From positions 32,001 to 96,000 of the IMG/VR virus record IMGVR_UViG_3300046710_000146: 64,000 bases of DNA; one strand, 5' to 3'. Origin of the DNA: a virus (lineage: Duplodnaviria; Caudoviricetes). Below are positions 28,127-36,672 of this stretch, piece by piece (positions within the stretch are counted from its first letter, which is position 1; every line of letters starts with the position of its first letter). The notes beneath the pieces were generated by a model that made no database searches, was not told where the DNA came from, and worked only from the letters and a program-made list of their open reading frames with translations. Both the position numbers and the translations under genes were made by a program.

Positions 28127-28359
28127 TTAAGATCTATCACATCTTTGATGAGGGTGGTGACGATGAAGGTGAGATCGAGGGGATGTTCAACAAAGACGGT
28201 GAACTCCTCGGCGGTTGGTGCTTGAATGACGGGAACTGGCGTGGCGAGTACATGAATGGGTTCTTGGCTGCACTCGGCATTGAAGTCGTTGACGACAGCG
28301 GTCGGAACACGAAGAAGCGAAAAGACATGGTCAAGAAACTGCGTGAGCAACTGGTATGA
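28123..28359 (+). CDS. hypothetical protein
   Basis: TTG start with GGAGG SD; coupled at both ends. Confidence 0.55.
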   Translation: MIKIYHIFDEGGDDEGEIEGMFNKDGELLGGWCLNDGNWRGEYMNGFLAALGIEVVDDSGRNTKKRKDMVKKLREQLV

Positions 28360-28676
28360 ATATAACGGACCCTAACACTCCAGGTACCCCGTCTTCTCGG
28401 TTCACTCATCTCTTAGGTGAGCTTGATAAGCGGTTCCCAGACAAAAGACCGTTCTCGGCCGATCCCGCCGAGGGTCGATACCTAAACGAGATCGATCGTA
28501 TAATTGCTAAGACTGCCGATAAGCTCGTGCATCAGGTGAAGCTTGATGACTGGGCGCATGTTGTGCGGGTGATGAAGGAATACAAGAAGAAGGTCCATGC
28601 TCGGTACTACCTGCATGTGTCCGAGCTAAAAGAAGGATATCGTGTGAAGATCTTCAAGCGAGCTGCATATGATTGA
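28356..28676 (+). CDS. hypothetical protein
   Basis: ATGA coupling. Confidence 0.6.
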   Translation: MNITDPNTPGTPSSRFTHLLGELDKRFPDKRPFSADPAEGRYLNEIDRIIAKTADKLVHQVKLDDWAHVVRVMKEYKKKVHARYYLHVSELKEGYRVKIFKRAAYD

Positions 28677-29211
28677 TTACGCCCGGCTTGGGCGATCAGT
28701 CGAGCACTACGAGAAGGTTGGGTACACTCACGTTGAGGTGCCTTGGACCGTCACCCAAGCGGTGTCGAATATCACGAAGCCGCCAGGTGCTGGCGAGTAC
28801 TTGATAAACAGCAAGAATAAAGTGCTTGTTGCCTCGGGTGAGCAAGGATTTCTGTACCTCGCCCTAAAGGGGTTCTTGCCACCTGGGAAATTCCAAGCGA
28901 TTACGCCGTGTTTTCGTGATGAGCCATTCGATGTCTCGCACACGAAGTACTTCATGAAGAACGAGCTGATCATCACCGATGATCCGTCTATCGAGATGGT
29001 CAAGAAGATCATAGGCGATGCGTTGGAGTACTTCCATACTGAGCACCCAACGGGGGTGCTGCGCGTAGTTGAAACCGCGGTGGGGTGCGACATCGAGCTG
29101 AATGGCATTGAGCTCGGTTCATATGGGTTACGAAAGACGAGCTTCCTGACCTGGGTGTACGGCACTGGGCTGGCTGAACCCCGATTTACAATGGCGAAGA
29201 ACGCAGCATGA
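28669..29211 (+). CDS. minimal class II aminoacyl-tRNA-synthetase-like catalytic domain
   Basis: Motif 1 GYTHVEVP, motif 2 PCFRDE....H...F.K.E, ELGS, motif 3 GTGLAEPR; no anticodon-binding domain. Confidence 0.75.
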   Translation: MIDYARLGRSVEHYEKVGYTHVEVPWTVTQAVSNITKPPGAGEYLINSKNKVLVASGEQGFLYLALKGFLPPGKFQAITPCFRDEPFDVSHTKYFMKNELIITDDPSIEMVKKIIGDALEYFHTEHPTGVLRVVETAVGCDIELNGIELGSYGLRKTSFLTWVYGTGLAEPRFTMAKNAA

Positions 29212-29390
29212 TTGAAAAAACTAAACTAGAACCCTGCCAAGGGACATGTGAAAAGCACGTCGGAGAAGTATCCGAAGTCGCTGTTTCAGGGTGGGGGACA
29301 TTCTTCTACTGCGAAGAGGCTATTGCAGAAGATAAACGTCGTGGGCTTACCGTTTACAAGGTGCAGAAAAGAGAAGCGCAACATGATTGA
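29208..29390 (+). CDS. small Cys/His (zinc-binding) protein
   Basis: C...C..H...YC..A...D; coupled at both ends. Confidence 0.5.
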   Translation: MIEKTKLEPCQGTCEKHVGEVSEVAVSGWGTFFYCEEAIAEDKRRGLTVYKVQKREAQHD

Positions 29391-29991
29391 GCTAACAGAC
29401 GCGGCTGAGCGGTTCTATAATATGAACCCCCGTGAATATCACAATTACGATCATCACGCCAATGATGTAGTCAGACAAATTTTTACACTCTGTGAAAAGC
29501 CGTCGAATGCACTTGTTCTTGCTGGCGTGTGGCACGACGCCATTTATTTTCCTGGCGCTGATCAAGTTCAGAAGGCGCTGAATGAACACGCCTCGGCAGC
29601 GGCGTTGTTCAGCACGCACAAGACCTTGCGGTCTAAGGTGAAGCAAGCGGATGTGGATCAAGCGATGGTGCTTATCATTGGGACCTGCATCGATGAGCAC
29701 CTATCAGCGCTGCCAAAATCAGGTGATCAAGCGATCTTGATGGACGCGGATCTTGGTGGGTTGGCGGCGCCGTGGCTGCAGTTCATTGATAGTCAGGAAA
29801 AGATCATCCGTGAGAACAATGCCGAGGTGAATGAGACCTCGCTGCGTGCATGCTCCACATTCTTAACTCGGTTGCTGAACTGCCGTCCACATCTGTATCA
29901 CACTGATCTGGCTCGAGAGCTTTATGAAGTCAGGGCCAAAGCGAACATCATTGCATTTGAGGTGCTACATAATGAGCTACCATCTAGCTGA
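29383..29991 (+). CDS. HD-superfamily phosphohydrolase
   Basis: REYHN..H...WHDAIY...NE..SA...DADL. Confidence 0.85.
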   Translation: MIELTDAAERFYNMNPREYHNYDHHANDVVRQIFTLCEKPSNALVLAGVWHDAIYFPGADQVQKALNEHASAAALFSTHKTLRSKVKQADVDQAMVLIIGTCIDEHLSALPKSGDQAILMDADLGGLAAPWLQFIDSQEKIIRENNAEVNETSLRACSTFLTRLLNCRPHLYHTDLARELYEVRAKANIIAFEVLHNELPSS

Positions 29992-30214
29992 AATTGAACG
30001 GGGTGTATTCGGCGAGTTCTCCAAGATCGAGGAGGAGTTCCTCGAGGCGAAGGATGCCCTAGCACAGGAGAACCCGGTGATGGTTCTTCAAGAGCTGAGC
30101 GACATGCTTGGCGCCATTGAGGCGTACACTGCCAGATACAACATCACGCTGATTGATTTGATCATCATGAAGGACGCCACGAAGCGTGCATTTGAGAGCG
30201 GACATCGGTCATGA
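29972..30214 (+). CDS. MazG-like NTP pyrophosphohydrolase
   Basis: KIEEEFLE.KDA.......ELSDM.G = ExxE...ExxD all-alpha motif. Confidence 0.7.
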   Translation: MSYHLAEIERGVFGEFSKIEEEFLEAKDALAQENPVMVLQELSDMLGAIEAYTARYNITLIDLIIMKDATKRAFESGHRS

Positions 30215-30471
30215 GTAACTTCGTTCAAGAGCTGCCAGTTGATCCGGAAGAAGGGTGCTTGGTCTGGCTGTCGCTCGGCAAAGAGGGATTTTGGTCTGAG
30301 CAGCTTTTCAAAGATGGCAGGTGGTGTGAAGTTGGAGGTATGGCCGTGCCATATATTCCATCAGAGTTTAAGAAGCTAATTCCATTGCTCCGTGTGGCAT
30401 CAGAGCGCTCAATGACTCTTGAGAAACTTGGGATGTTTCCAATGGGTAGCCCCGAGGTAAAAAGCTCCTAG
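30211..30471 (+). CDS. hypothetical protein
   Basis: ATGA coupling. Confidence 0.5.
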   Translation: MSNFVQELPVDPEEGCLVWLSLGKEGFWSEQLFKDGRWCEVGGMAVPYIPSEFKKLIPLLRVASERSMTLEKLGMFPMGSPEVKSS

Positions 30472-30587
30472 CAGGTGCTTTCGGCCGGGCCTTGTAAATA
30501 AAGTGCGGCTTCGTCCGCACAAAGGGTTCAGGTCAGCTGTTGCTGCCCTGGTAAATCGTTCACGATTACCCATACAAGGAGCATAGA

Positions 30588-31016
30588 ATGGCAACACGTA
30601 ATGTTATCGAAAAGCGCGCGACTGATCTCCGCCACGTTTTCCTCATTGACTGGAACGACGATGGTCTCCTGAAGGAGATTGCAGTCGTCATGGAAACGAC
30701 AGATGGCACGATCTTCGGCATTCAAGTTGATCGGCTTCACCCGATTGACAAAGGCCGTCTGAAAAAGGTGGTCACGAGTGTGCACGCAGACAAATATCCG
30801 CTGTGGGAACTTCTCTCACAAGGCAAGTTGAACAATGGCATGAACGCATTGGACTTCTTCCATACAAACTACGTGAAGATTAAACGTCCACGTGGTGCGG
30901 TTGTTGGCGGCGGCTTGGCTACTATTCAACTCGACCTGGATGATGGCAAGCAAATTGGCTCGCAGTTCTCGGACCCACGTGGCGCCGTGGTTGCGGGTGA
31001 ACGTCCACAGATGTAA
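30588..31016 (+). CDS. conserved hypothetical late protein
   Basis: TAAATA at 30495; AAGGAG SD; own terminator; LWELL...L.NG.NAL.FFH. Confidence 0.8.
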   Translation: MATRNVIEKRATDLRHVFLIDWNDDGLLKEIAVVMETTDGTIFGIQVDRLHPIDKGRLKKVVTSVHADKYPLWELLSQGKLNNGMNALDFFHTNYVKIKRPRGAVVGGGLATIQLDLDDGKQIGSQFSDPRGAVVAGERPQM

Positions 31017-31035
31017 TTCATCTGGGCGCAAGCAG

Positions 31036-31059
31036 AAGGTCGCTTCGGCGACCTTTTTT
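31036..31059 (+). terminator. intrinsic terminator
   Basis: AAGGTCGC-TTCG-GCGACCTT-TTTT. Confidence 0.9.
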
Positions 31060-31170
31060 GTTAACCTGAACAGGAGAAACACCGTTAATTAAACGCTCTG
31101 TATAATGAGCCTACCTCTGACCCATAGAATAGACGGGGGAACCCGCTGAACTATCACTAAGGAGATACCA

Positions 31171-31812
31171 ATGTACAAGATCCATGCAGCCCTTGCGGTT
31201 GTACTTTCTCTTGTTACCGCTGCCGTCTTGAAGCTTGATTTCTTGATGCCAGAACCAACCGCAAACGTCGTGTTGGCCGAAAAATCGAACGTCATTCTCG
31301 GCGGGCAGGCAGCCGTCGTAGTTCCTGGCGATCTCTCAACATCTCAACATCTGATTCTGAACAAGGCATATGAGCAGGCAAAGGCCGACGGGCACAAGAA
31401 CCCCGAGCTCGTGCAGGGTGTGCTGCTCCAAGAATCCAAGGCGGGTGGCATGGCATCGTACAAGGTCGCCGGAAATAAAGGCGACGAGTACTTTGGGCTT
31501 GGGCAGTTGAAGCTGTCCGCTGTCCGTGATGTGATGTTGAAGTGGCCTGCACTTTGGGCGAAGTACAAGTTCCAGACGCGCACCGATGATGAACTGAAAG
31601 CGAACTTGATCTTGAACCACGCGTTCAACATTGAGTGCACGTCAAAATACCTGCGGCTGCTGCAGCTCACGTACGGCTTTCAAGGTCGTGAGCTGGTGAA
31701 CGCGTATAATCGCGGGCCTGGTGGCGTGAAGGCAATAAACAACGCCGACTTCCACTACGCAATAGGTGTTGAACAGAAGCTAGCAAGTGCCCGGCGCAGT
31801 GGGAAGATGTGA
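31171..31812 (+). CDS. lytic transglycosylase (SLT) with N-terminal hydrophobic anchor
   Basis: QES catalytic Glu, GLGQ, NI....KYL, AYNRG. Confidence 0.85.
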   Translation: MYKIHAALAVVLSLVTAAVLKLDFLMPEPTANVVLAEKSNVILGGQAAVVVPGDLSTSQHLILNKAYEQAKADGHKNPELVQGVLLQESKAGGMASYKVAGNKGDEYFGLGQLKLSAVRDVMLKWPALWAKYKFQTRTDDELKANLILNHAFNIECTSKYLRLLQLTYGFQGRELVNAYNRGPGGVKAINNADFHYAIGVEQKLASARRSGKM

Positions 31813-31842
31813 AGATGTGAAGATGTGAAGATGTGAAGATGT
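31803..31842 (+). repeat. octamer tandem repeat (GAAGATGT)x5
   Basis: Directly visible; overlaps the SLT stop codon. Confidence 0.95.
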
Positions 31843-31870
31843 GTTTTGATCCAACTTTAGAAAGTGTAAA

Positions 31871-32287
31871 ATGAAAAAAACTCTTATTGCAATGAGTCTC
31901 GTGTTTACGGCTGCATTGGCAAATGCAAATATGGTCATGATTGGTGAGTCTGCAACGGGTGGGCTACGGCTCATGGTGGATGCGCAATCTCTCGTCAAGA
32001 ACGTGGGCAATGATGGAGTGCCCCGTTACGCCGCGGCTTTTCAGTACGTGGAAAATGGCGTATTTGAACCAATGATCGTATACGCCACCGCCGCAGCATC
32101 GTGCCGTCAGAAACAGGGGAAGCTGTCGCTCTTTGAAGACGCAGCAGGTGGCGGTGTTGTGAACACTGCCAATTACTTCTGGGTTGAAGGTGGCAGCAAA
32201 ATGTATGACTTCGCAGGCATTGCGTTATGCGCGCTTGCCAACATCGATGCCAAAAAGCCCAAAAAGATCAACAAGGAAAAGCTATGA
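31871..32287 (+). CDS. secreted/periplasmic protein
   Basis: Signal peptide MKKTLIAMSLVFTAALANA; two Cys. Confidence 0.7.
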   Translation: MKKTLIAMSLVFTAALANANMVMIGESATGGLRLMVDAQSLVKNVGNDGVPRYAAAFQYVENGVFEPMIVYATAAASCRQKQGKLSLFEDAAGGGVVNTANYFWVEGGSKMYDFAGIALCALANIDAKKPKKINKEKL

Positions 32288-32826
32288 CAATGCGCATCCC
32301 GCTGACCGGTGAAGGTGCTGAAGCCCCGAAGAATTTGCAACGGTATATCAAAGAACGGCACGTGATTCAGCGGCTGAATACGATGGGTGAGTGGGAAGAT
32401 GTAATTGAAGCAGATGCTGGTGCCATCGATCCAAAAACACTTGCTGAAATCGACTTCGCCGAGGCGATCGCTGATAATTTCAACGATGAACACATTGCTA
32501 GAGTTGATGTGGTGAACGCGGTTTATGCTGGGATGCGCTTCAAGATGCAGCAAGAGGTGCCCGCGCCCCGCTCAATTCTGCGCCTGACCCCAGAAGAGCG
32601 GAAGGAGATCATGGCGAAGAACCCGCCCCTGATCGCAGGAATTCACAGTGCTAATGCGTACTTCGATTGGCAATGGCAAGGTTGCGGCTTTGGCCAGTTG
32701 GCTTTCAGCTATGATCGCGAAACTGACGAAATCACGTGTTCAGACGAACGCATGGGCAAGGAGCGGGTCCGCACACTTTTGTACGCGCTGGCTGATCACA
32801 TCGCTGATAACGCCACGTTCGACTGA
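32284..32826 (+). CDS. hypothetical protein
   Basis: AAGGA SD; ATGA coupling; W...G.GFGQ...D.E.M..E motif. Confidence 0.65.
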   Translation: MTMRIPLTGEGAEAPKNLQRYIKERHVIQRLNTMGEWEDVIEADAGAIDPKTLAEIDFAEAIADNFNDEHIARVDVVNAVYAGMRFKMQQEVPAPRSILRLTPEERKEIMAKNPPLIAGIHSANAYFDWQWQGCGFGQLAFSYDRETDEITCSDERMGKERVRTLLYALADHIADNATFD

Positions 32827-32846
32827 CTACGGAGTGAGAGCCAAAA

Positions 32847-33044
32847 ATGATCAGCACAATTCAATTTGAACATGGTAAAGAAACCTGTGCAAGTAAGCCC
32901 GGTGTATTTTGTCGTTGGCAAGGTGCAATGGGTTTTGGTACACGTCCTGTTTGCATGTTGTTTAACAACGAACCACTGCGGGATAAAGATGGTTGGTTGC
33001 AACGCTGCAAACAATGTAAAGAAGAATTCCCACCCGCACCTTAA
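32847..33044 (+). CDS. small Cys-rich protein
   Basis: Five Cys in 65 aa; AT-rich. Confidence 0.5.
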   Translation: MISTIQFEHGKETCASKPGVFCRWQGAMGFGTRPVCMLFNNEPLRDKDGWLQRCKQCKEEFPPAP

Positions 33045-33151
33045 ATGGCCAAAGGTTGGGTTGCGCAACATACGTGCGCGAATGTTGGAATCAACCCAAT
33101 GTCGTGCTCCCTTTACGAACGCACCTCGGCATAATCCTCGGCCCTCCAGAC

Positions 33152-33181
33152 AATGCCCGGTTCATCCGGGCATTTTTGTTT
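33152..33181 (+). terminator. intrinsic terminator
   Basis: AATGCCCGG-TTCAT-CCGGGCATT-TTTGTTT. Confidence 0.85.
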
Positions 33182-33252
33182 ATGGAACCTATCATCTGAT
33201 CCCGGACCTTCTGCAGGGACGCACGTCATGGCCCAATTGTTACAATTGAGCT

Positions 33253-33588
33253 ATGAAACACAAGACCCCAAAGTGCGATAACCCAAAAGCCAAGAGAGTC
33301 GAGCTTGAACGATCTTGGGCTGCGATGCTTGCTAAGCACGCCAAGCCGTTGGAGCGGGGTGCGTGCGCGTTTGGTATCAAGGTCAAAGCGCAGGCACCCA
33401 AACCGGTCGAAGTTCCTCCTCGGATTCGATCTAATCCAAACTGCATGATGGGGCCAGCAACGAAGGCCCCACCAAAGATCTACACAGGGAACAAGATCAT
33501 TGGGATCGCCACGATGCACAAGTCGAACATGGTGCCGATCTTCAATGAAGAGGCGGCAATTGAGGTCGCGCAGATGCGCAGGAATTGA
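33253..33588 (+). CDS. conserved T4-like phage hypothetical protein
   Basis: YTG.KI.GIATMHKSN.VP.F motif; extended -10 6 nt upstream. Confidence 0.8.
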   Translation: MKHKTPKCDNPKAKRVELERSWAAMLAKHAKPLERGACAFGIKVKAQAPKPVEVPPRIRSNPNCMMGPATKAPPKIYTGNKIIGIATMHKSNMVPIFNEEAAIEVAQMRRN

Positions 33589-33589
33589 T

Positions 33590-33721
33590 ATGGGCTATGA
33601 ACGTAAGAACAGTGACGATGATGAAGCGAACGGGCAGTTCAGCTGGTTTGGGGCGTGCTCGATCCTCGTCATCTGCCTCAGTCCGCTAATACTTTTGGTG
33701 ATACTCCAACTGAAGACATAA
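33590..33721 (+). CDS. 43-aa membrane peptide
   Basis: MGYERKN...ILVICLSPLILLVIL; TAATG coupling to the primase. Confidence 0.45.
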   Translation: MGYERKNSDDDEANGQFSWFGACSILVICLSPLILLVILQLKT

Positions 33722-34746
33722 TGCAACAGAAGCTTCTTCGTGACTTAATCGAGTCGAACATTCACCTGGGTCAAGAATCCAGCACGGGATTTCGAGGGCT
33801 GCGATGCGCGGTCTGCAATGATCACTCTGAACGTGCTGGGTTTAAGTTCGACGGTGACATGGTGATCTACAACTGCTTCAACTGCCATACGAAGTCGTTG
33901 TACGAGGAGCGCACGACCGACATGTCGGTCTCGATGAAACGGGTCCTTGAGGCATTCGGAATCTCACGAGAGAAGATCAACGAGGTCGTTGGTTCCGCGT
34001 TCTTTGTGCAGAGCCAAGAACCAAAGGAGATTACCTCAGCTTCAATGAAGCCACAGGTTCGGCTGTTCACCCCCGAGGTTCCGCTTCCACCGAAATCATA
34101 TCCAATTGGCGCCCCGCATAATGAGGACCTTCAGCTTCCGCTCGCCGAGTACATCGTTCACCGAGGGTTGGATCCAGAAAAACTGAATGCGCACTTCAGT
34201 CTTGACACTCGGTTTCTCAATCGCGTGATCCTCCCGTGCATGCGTGATGGGAAGGTCATCTATTGGCAGGCGCGTACGCTTGGGAACACCAAACCGCGGT
34301 ACCTATCGCCAGGCACGAACAAAGATGCGGTGATGTGGGGGTACGATAATCTTCGTATGAACTACGATGCGCCGCTGTTTATCACCGAGGGAATCTTCGA
34401 TGCTGCATCATGTGATGGTGTTGCACTGCTTGGGTCGGAGATCAATGAGTCAAAGCTGCAGATTCTAAATCGGTCGCGGCGAAGACGAGCGGTCGTGATC
34501 GACCGTGATGACAATGGTGGGCGGCTTGCCCAACTCGCACTGAGCCATGGCTGGGAGATCACGTTCCCGCCAACAGGTGCGAGCGATGTAAATGACAGCG
34601 TGCAGAAGTTCGGAAAGCTGTTCACGATCTGGACCCTACTTCAGAACATGACGGTCCCAACAGGACTGAGAACAGCTGAAGGTACCACGTTACAATCACA
34701 ACTACAGCTTGGTGTGCAGATGGCACTGGCAAAGATGAGGAGATAA
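33721..34746 (+). CDS. DNA primase (gp61-like)
   Basis: CAVC...NCFNC zinc finger; YWQAR; TOPRIM ITEGIFDA and DRD..G; D.ND. Confidence 0.9.
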   Translation: MQQKLLRDLIESNIHLGQESSTGFRGLRCAVCNDHSERAGFKFDGDMVIYNCFNCHTKSLYEERTTDMSVSMKRVLEAFGISREKINEVVGSAFFVQSQEPKEITSASMKPQVRLFTPEVPLPPKSYPIGAPHNEDLQLPLAEYIVHRGLDPEKLNAHFSLDTRFLNRVILPCMRDGKVIYWQARTLGNTKPRYLSPGTNKDAVMWGYDNLRMNYDAPLFITEGIFDAASCDGVALLGSEINESKLQILNRSRRRRAVVIDRDDNGGRLAQLALSHGWEITFPPTGASDVNDSVQKFGKLFTIWTLLQNMTVPTGLRTAEGTTLQSQLQLGVQMALAKMRR

Positions 34747-34747
34747 G

Positions 34748-34915
34748 ATGGCAGAATTTGGAATAACACTTGGGTTTGTGATCACCGCAGATTCATATGA
34801 GGGCGCGGGTGAGATTGCCGCAAAGATACGAGATGACGCTGTTAAGGCAGGTGATGCTAACTTCGGGAACATTGCCGAAGTAGAGCTCATTTCAGGCGAG
34901 GTGTCTGATGAGTGA
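34748..34915 (+). CDS. 55-aa hypothetical protein (not in the ORF track)
   Basis: GAGGAG SD; MAEFGITLGFVIT...; fills the primase-helicase gap. Confidence 0.5.
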   Translation: MAEFGITLGFVITADSYEGAGEIAAKIRDDAVKAGDANFGNIAEVELISGEVSDE

Positions 34916-36251
34916 GTTCATGGTCGATGATGCCGCACAACGGCTATACATAAACGCAATGTTGGGGAACCCATCGCTGTTTGCACGTGTTCAACATCTG
35001 GTGCAGCCATCATACTTTGACGGTGGTCTCCAAGGGGGCGTGCAGTTCATGAAGGAGTTCTACTACAAGCACCGCGGGGTGCCATCACCTCAGGTGTTTG
35101 CAGCCGGTACGAAGCTCAAGGTCGATGCACAGGAGCTCCCATTGCAGGATCTTGCTTTCGTAGCTGAACAGATCGCTGGGTTCTGTCAGATTCGAGCGGT
35201 CACTGAGGCCGTGCTGAAGGCACCAGCCTTGATGGAGAAGGGTGACTTCGGCAAGATGGTCGAGCAGATCAAGCTTGCATCACAGGTTCAGCTGCACTCT
35301 GATCTCGGCATCGAGTACTTCTTGGATCCCGTTGCACGCCTTGAAGAGAGTGAAGCACTTGAGGTGTTGATCCCGTTGGGATGGAGCTCAGTTGACGATA
35401 TGATCGGTGGTGGTGTTGGCCGACAAGAGCTCGTGCTGATCACCGCGAATTCTGGTGGCGGTAAATCCGTCGTGATGTTGAACATTGGCTTTAACCTCTT
35501 AAAACGTGGGTTGAATGGCGTGTACATCACATTGGAGATGCGTGATCGTGTCGTGGCAAAGCGCCTTGACTCAATGATCAGCCGAATCTCGGGCAAGAAC
35601 ATCTTCATGAACAAGCTTAAGGTAGGCCAAGAGGTTGAGCTGTTCAAGGAGCAGGAGGCCGGTCGGTTGTTCATCAAGCGTATGCGCGAAGGCTCCACCA
35701 CGGCAGATCATATCGCCTCATACCTTCGTGAACTAGAGGCCGTGCACGGCTTCCGGCCAGACTTTGTGATCGTTGACTACATCGACCTGATGTCGTCAAT
35801 CCAAAAGCATGATGGTTCGAACATGTTCACCAAGGACAAGTTCGTGACTGAAGAGGTCCGTGCAATCGGCTTTGACTTCGACTGTCTGATGATCAGCGCA
35901 TCACAACTTGGGCGCGGCGCCATTGAAGCAACCCGTGAGCAGAAGTCATTGGATCAAGCGCACATCCAGGGCGGCATCTCAAAGATCAACACCTCCGATC
36001 TCGTGATCGCGGTCGTGAAGGATGAGGCGATGGATGCCGCTGGTGAATATCGATTCGAGTTCCTAAAAGCTCGAAATTCAAATGCCGTGAATAAAAAGGT
36101 CACCATGGCATGGGATGCTGACAGTCTACGGGTCACGGACCTGGGGCTAAAACTTGTGACCGCGCCGCATCGTCGACCAGGGCTAACCCTTCCAGACACT
36201 AAACCTGGCAAGGGTGGAGATGGCCTGGCCGATTTGCTGGGACGAAAGTGA
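34908..36251 (+). CDS. replicative DnaB-like helicase (gp41-like)
   Basis: ANSGGGKS Walker A, YITLEM, IVDYIDLM, SASQLGR, K.R. Confidence 0.93.
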   Translation: MSEFMVDDAAQRLYINAMLGNPSLFARVQHLVQPSYFDGGLQGGVQFMKEFYYKHRGVPSPQVFAAGTKLKVDAQELPLQDLAFVAEQIAGFCQIRAVTEAVLKAPALMEKGDFGKMVEQIKLASQVQLHSDLGIEYFLDPVARLEESEALEVLIPLGWSSVDDMIGGGVGRQELVLITANSGGGKSVVMLNIGFNLLKRGLNGVYITLEMRDRVVAKRLDSMISRISGKNIFMNKLKVGQEVELFKEQEAGRLFIKRMREGSTTADHIASYLRELEAVHGFRPDFVIVDYIDLMSSIQKHDGSNMFTKDKFVTEEVRAIGFDFDCLMISASQLGRGAIEATREQKSLDQAHIQGGISKINTSDLVIAVVKDEAMDAAGEYRFEFLKARNSNAVNKKVTMAWDADSLRVTDLGLKLVTAPHRRPGLTLPDTKPGKGGDGLADLLGRK

Positions 36252-36313
36252 TTTTTCGATCTCGCTAAATACCAGTGGTACCAACCACATATCTCAACCT
36301 ATAGGAGTTAATC

Positions 36314-36607
36314 TTGGAACAATCAAAGCAAACTATCACCCTCGACGGCCAAGCATACCCGCTCGACCAATTCAGCCCAGCCGTTCAACAAGCTGTTGGC
36401 ATCTACAACGCGATCGGTGCCGACCTCCAGAAGGCTCAGCTCGATGTCGTGAAGTGCCAGTCTGCTATGCAGAGCATCAGCGCTCAGATCGGCGAGACCG
36501 TGAAGAAAGAGCTGGCTGATAAGGCCGCTGCTGAAACAGCCGCTGCGCCTGTTGAAGCCACCGTCGTCGACGCTGAGGTGATTGCTGCAGGCCAAGCGAA
36601 CGCATAA
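36314..36607 (+). CDS. small late coiled-coil protein
   Basis: TAAATA at 36266; AGGAG SD with TTG start; terminator follows. Confidence 0.7.
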   Translation: MEQSKQTITLDGQAYPLDQFSPAVQQAVGIYNAIGADLQKAQLDVVKCQSAMQSISAQIGETVKKELADKAAAETAAAPVEATVVDAEVIAAGQANA

Positions 36608-36624
36608 GCTGCCTCTTCGAGAAT

Positions 36625-36655
36625 ATGAAGCCGCCGCAAGGCGGCTTCATCGTTT
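36625..36655 (+). terminator. hairpin terminator
   Basis: ATGAAGCCGCC-GCAA-GGCGGCTTCAT followed by a weak T tract. Confidence 0.7.
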
Positions 36656-36672
36656 CCGGGCCTAAATAGCCA

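Noticed and set aside
28669-30214. Canonical 2-aminoadenine (purZ/datZ/mazZ) cluster
   Set aside because: No adenylosuccinate-synthetase-like purZ in the window; only the architectural analogy is retained
31803-31842. CRISPR-like array
   Set aside because: 8-bp units with no spacers; it is a simple tandem repeat
33045-33150. tRNA gene
   Set aside because: No cloverleaf or TTCRA T-loop in the correct context
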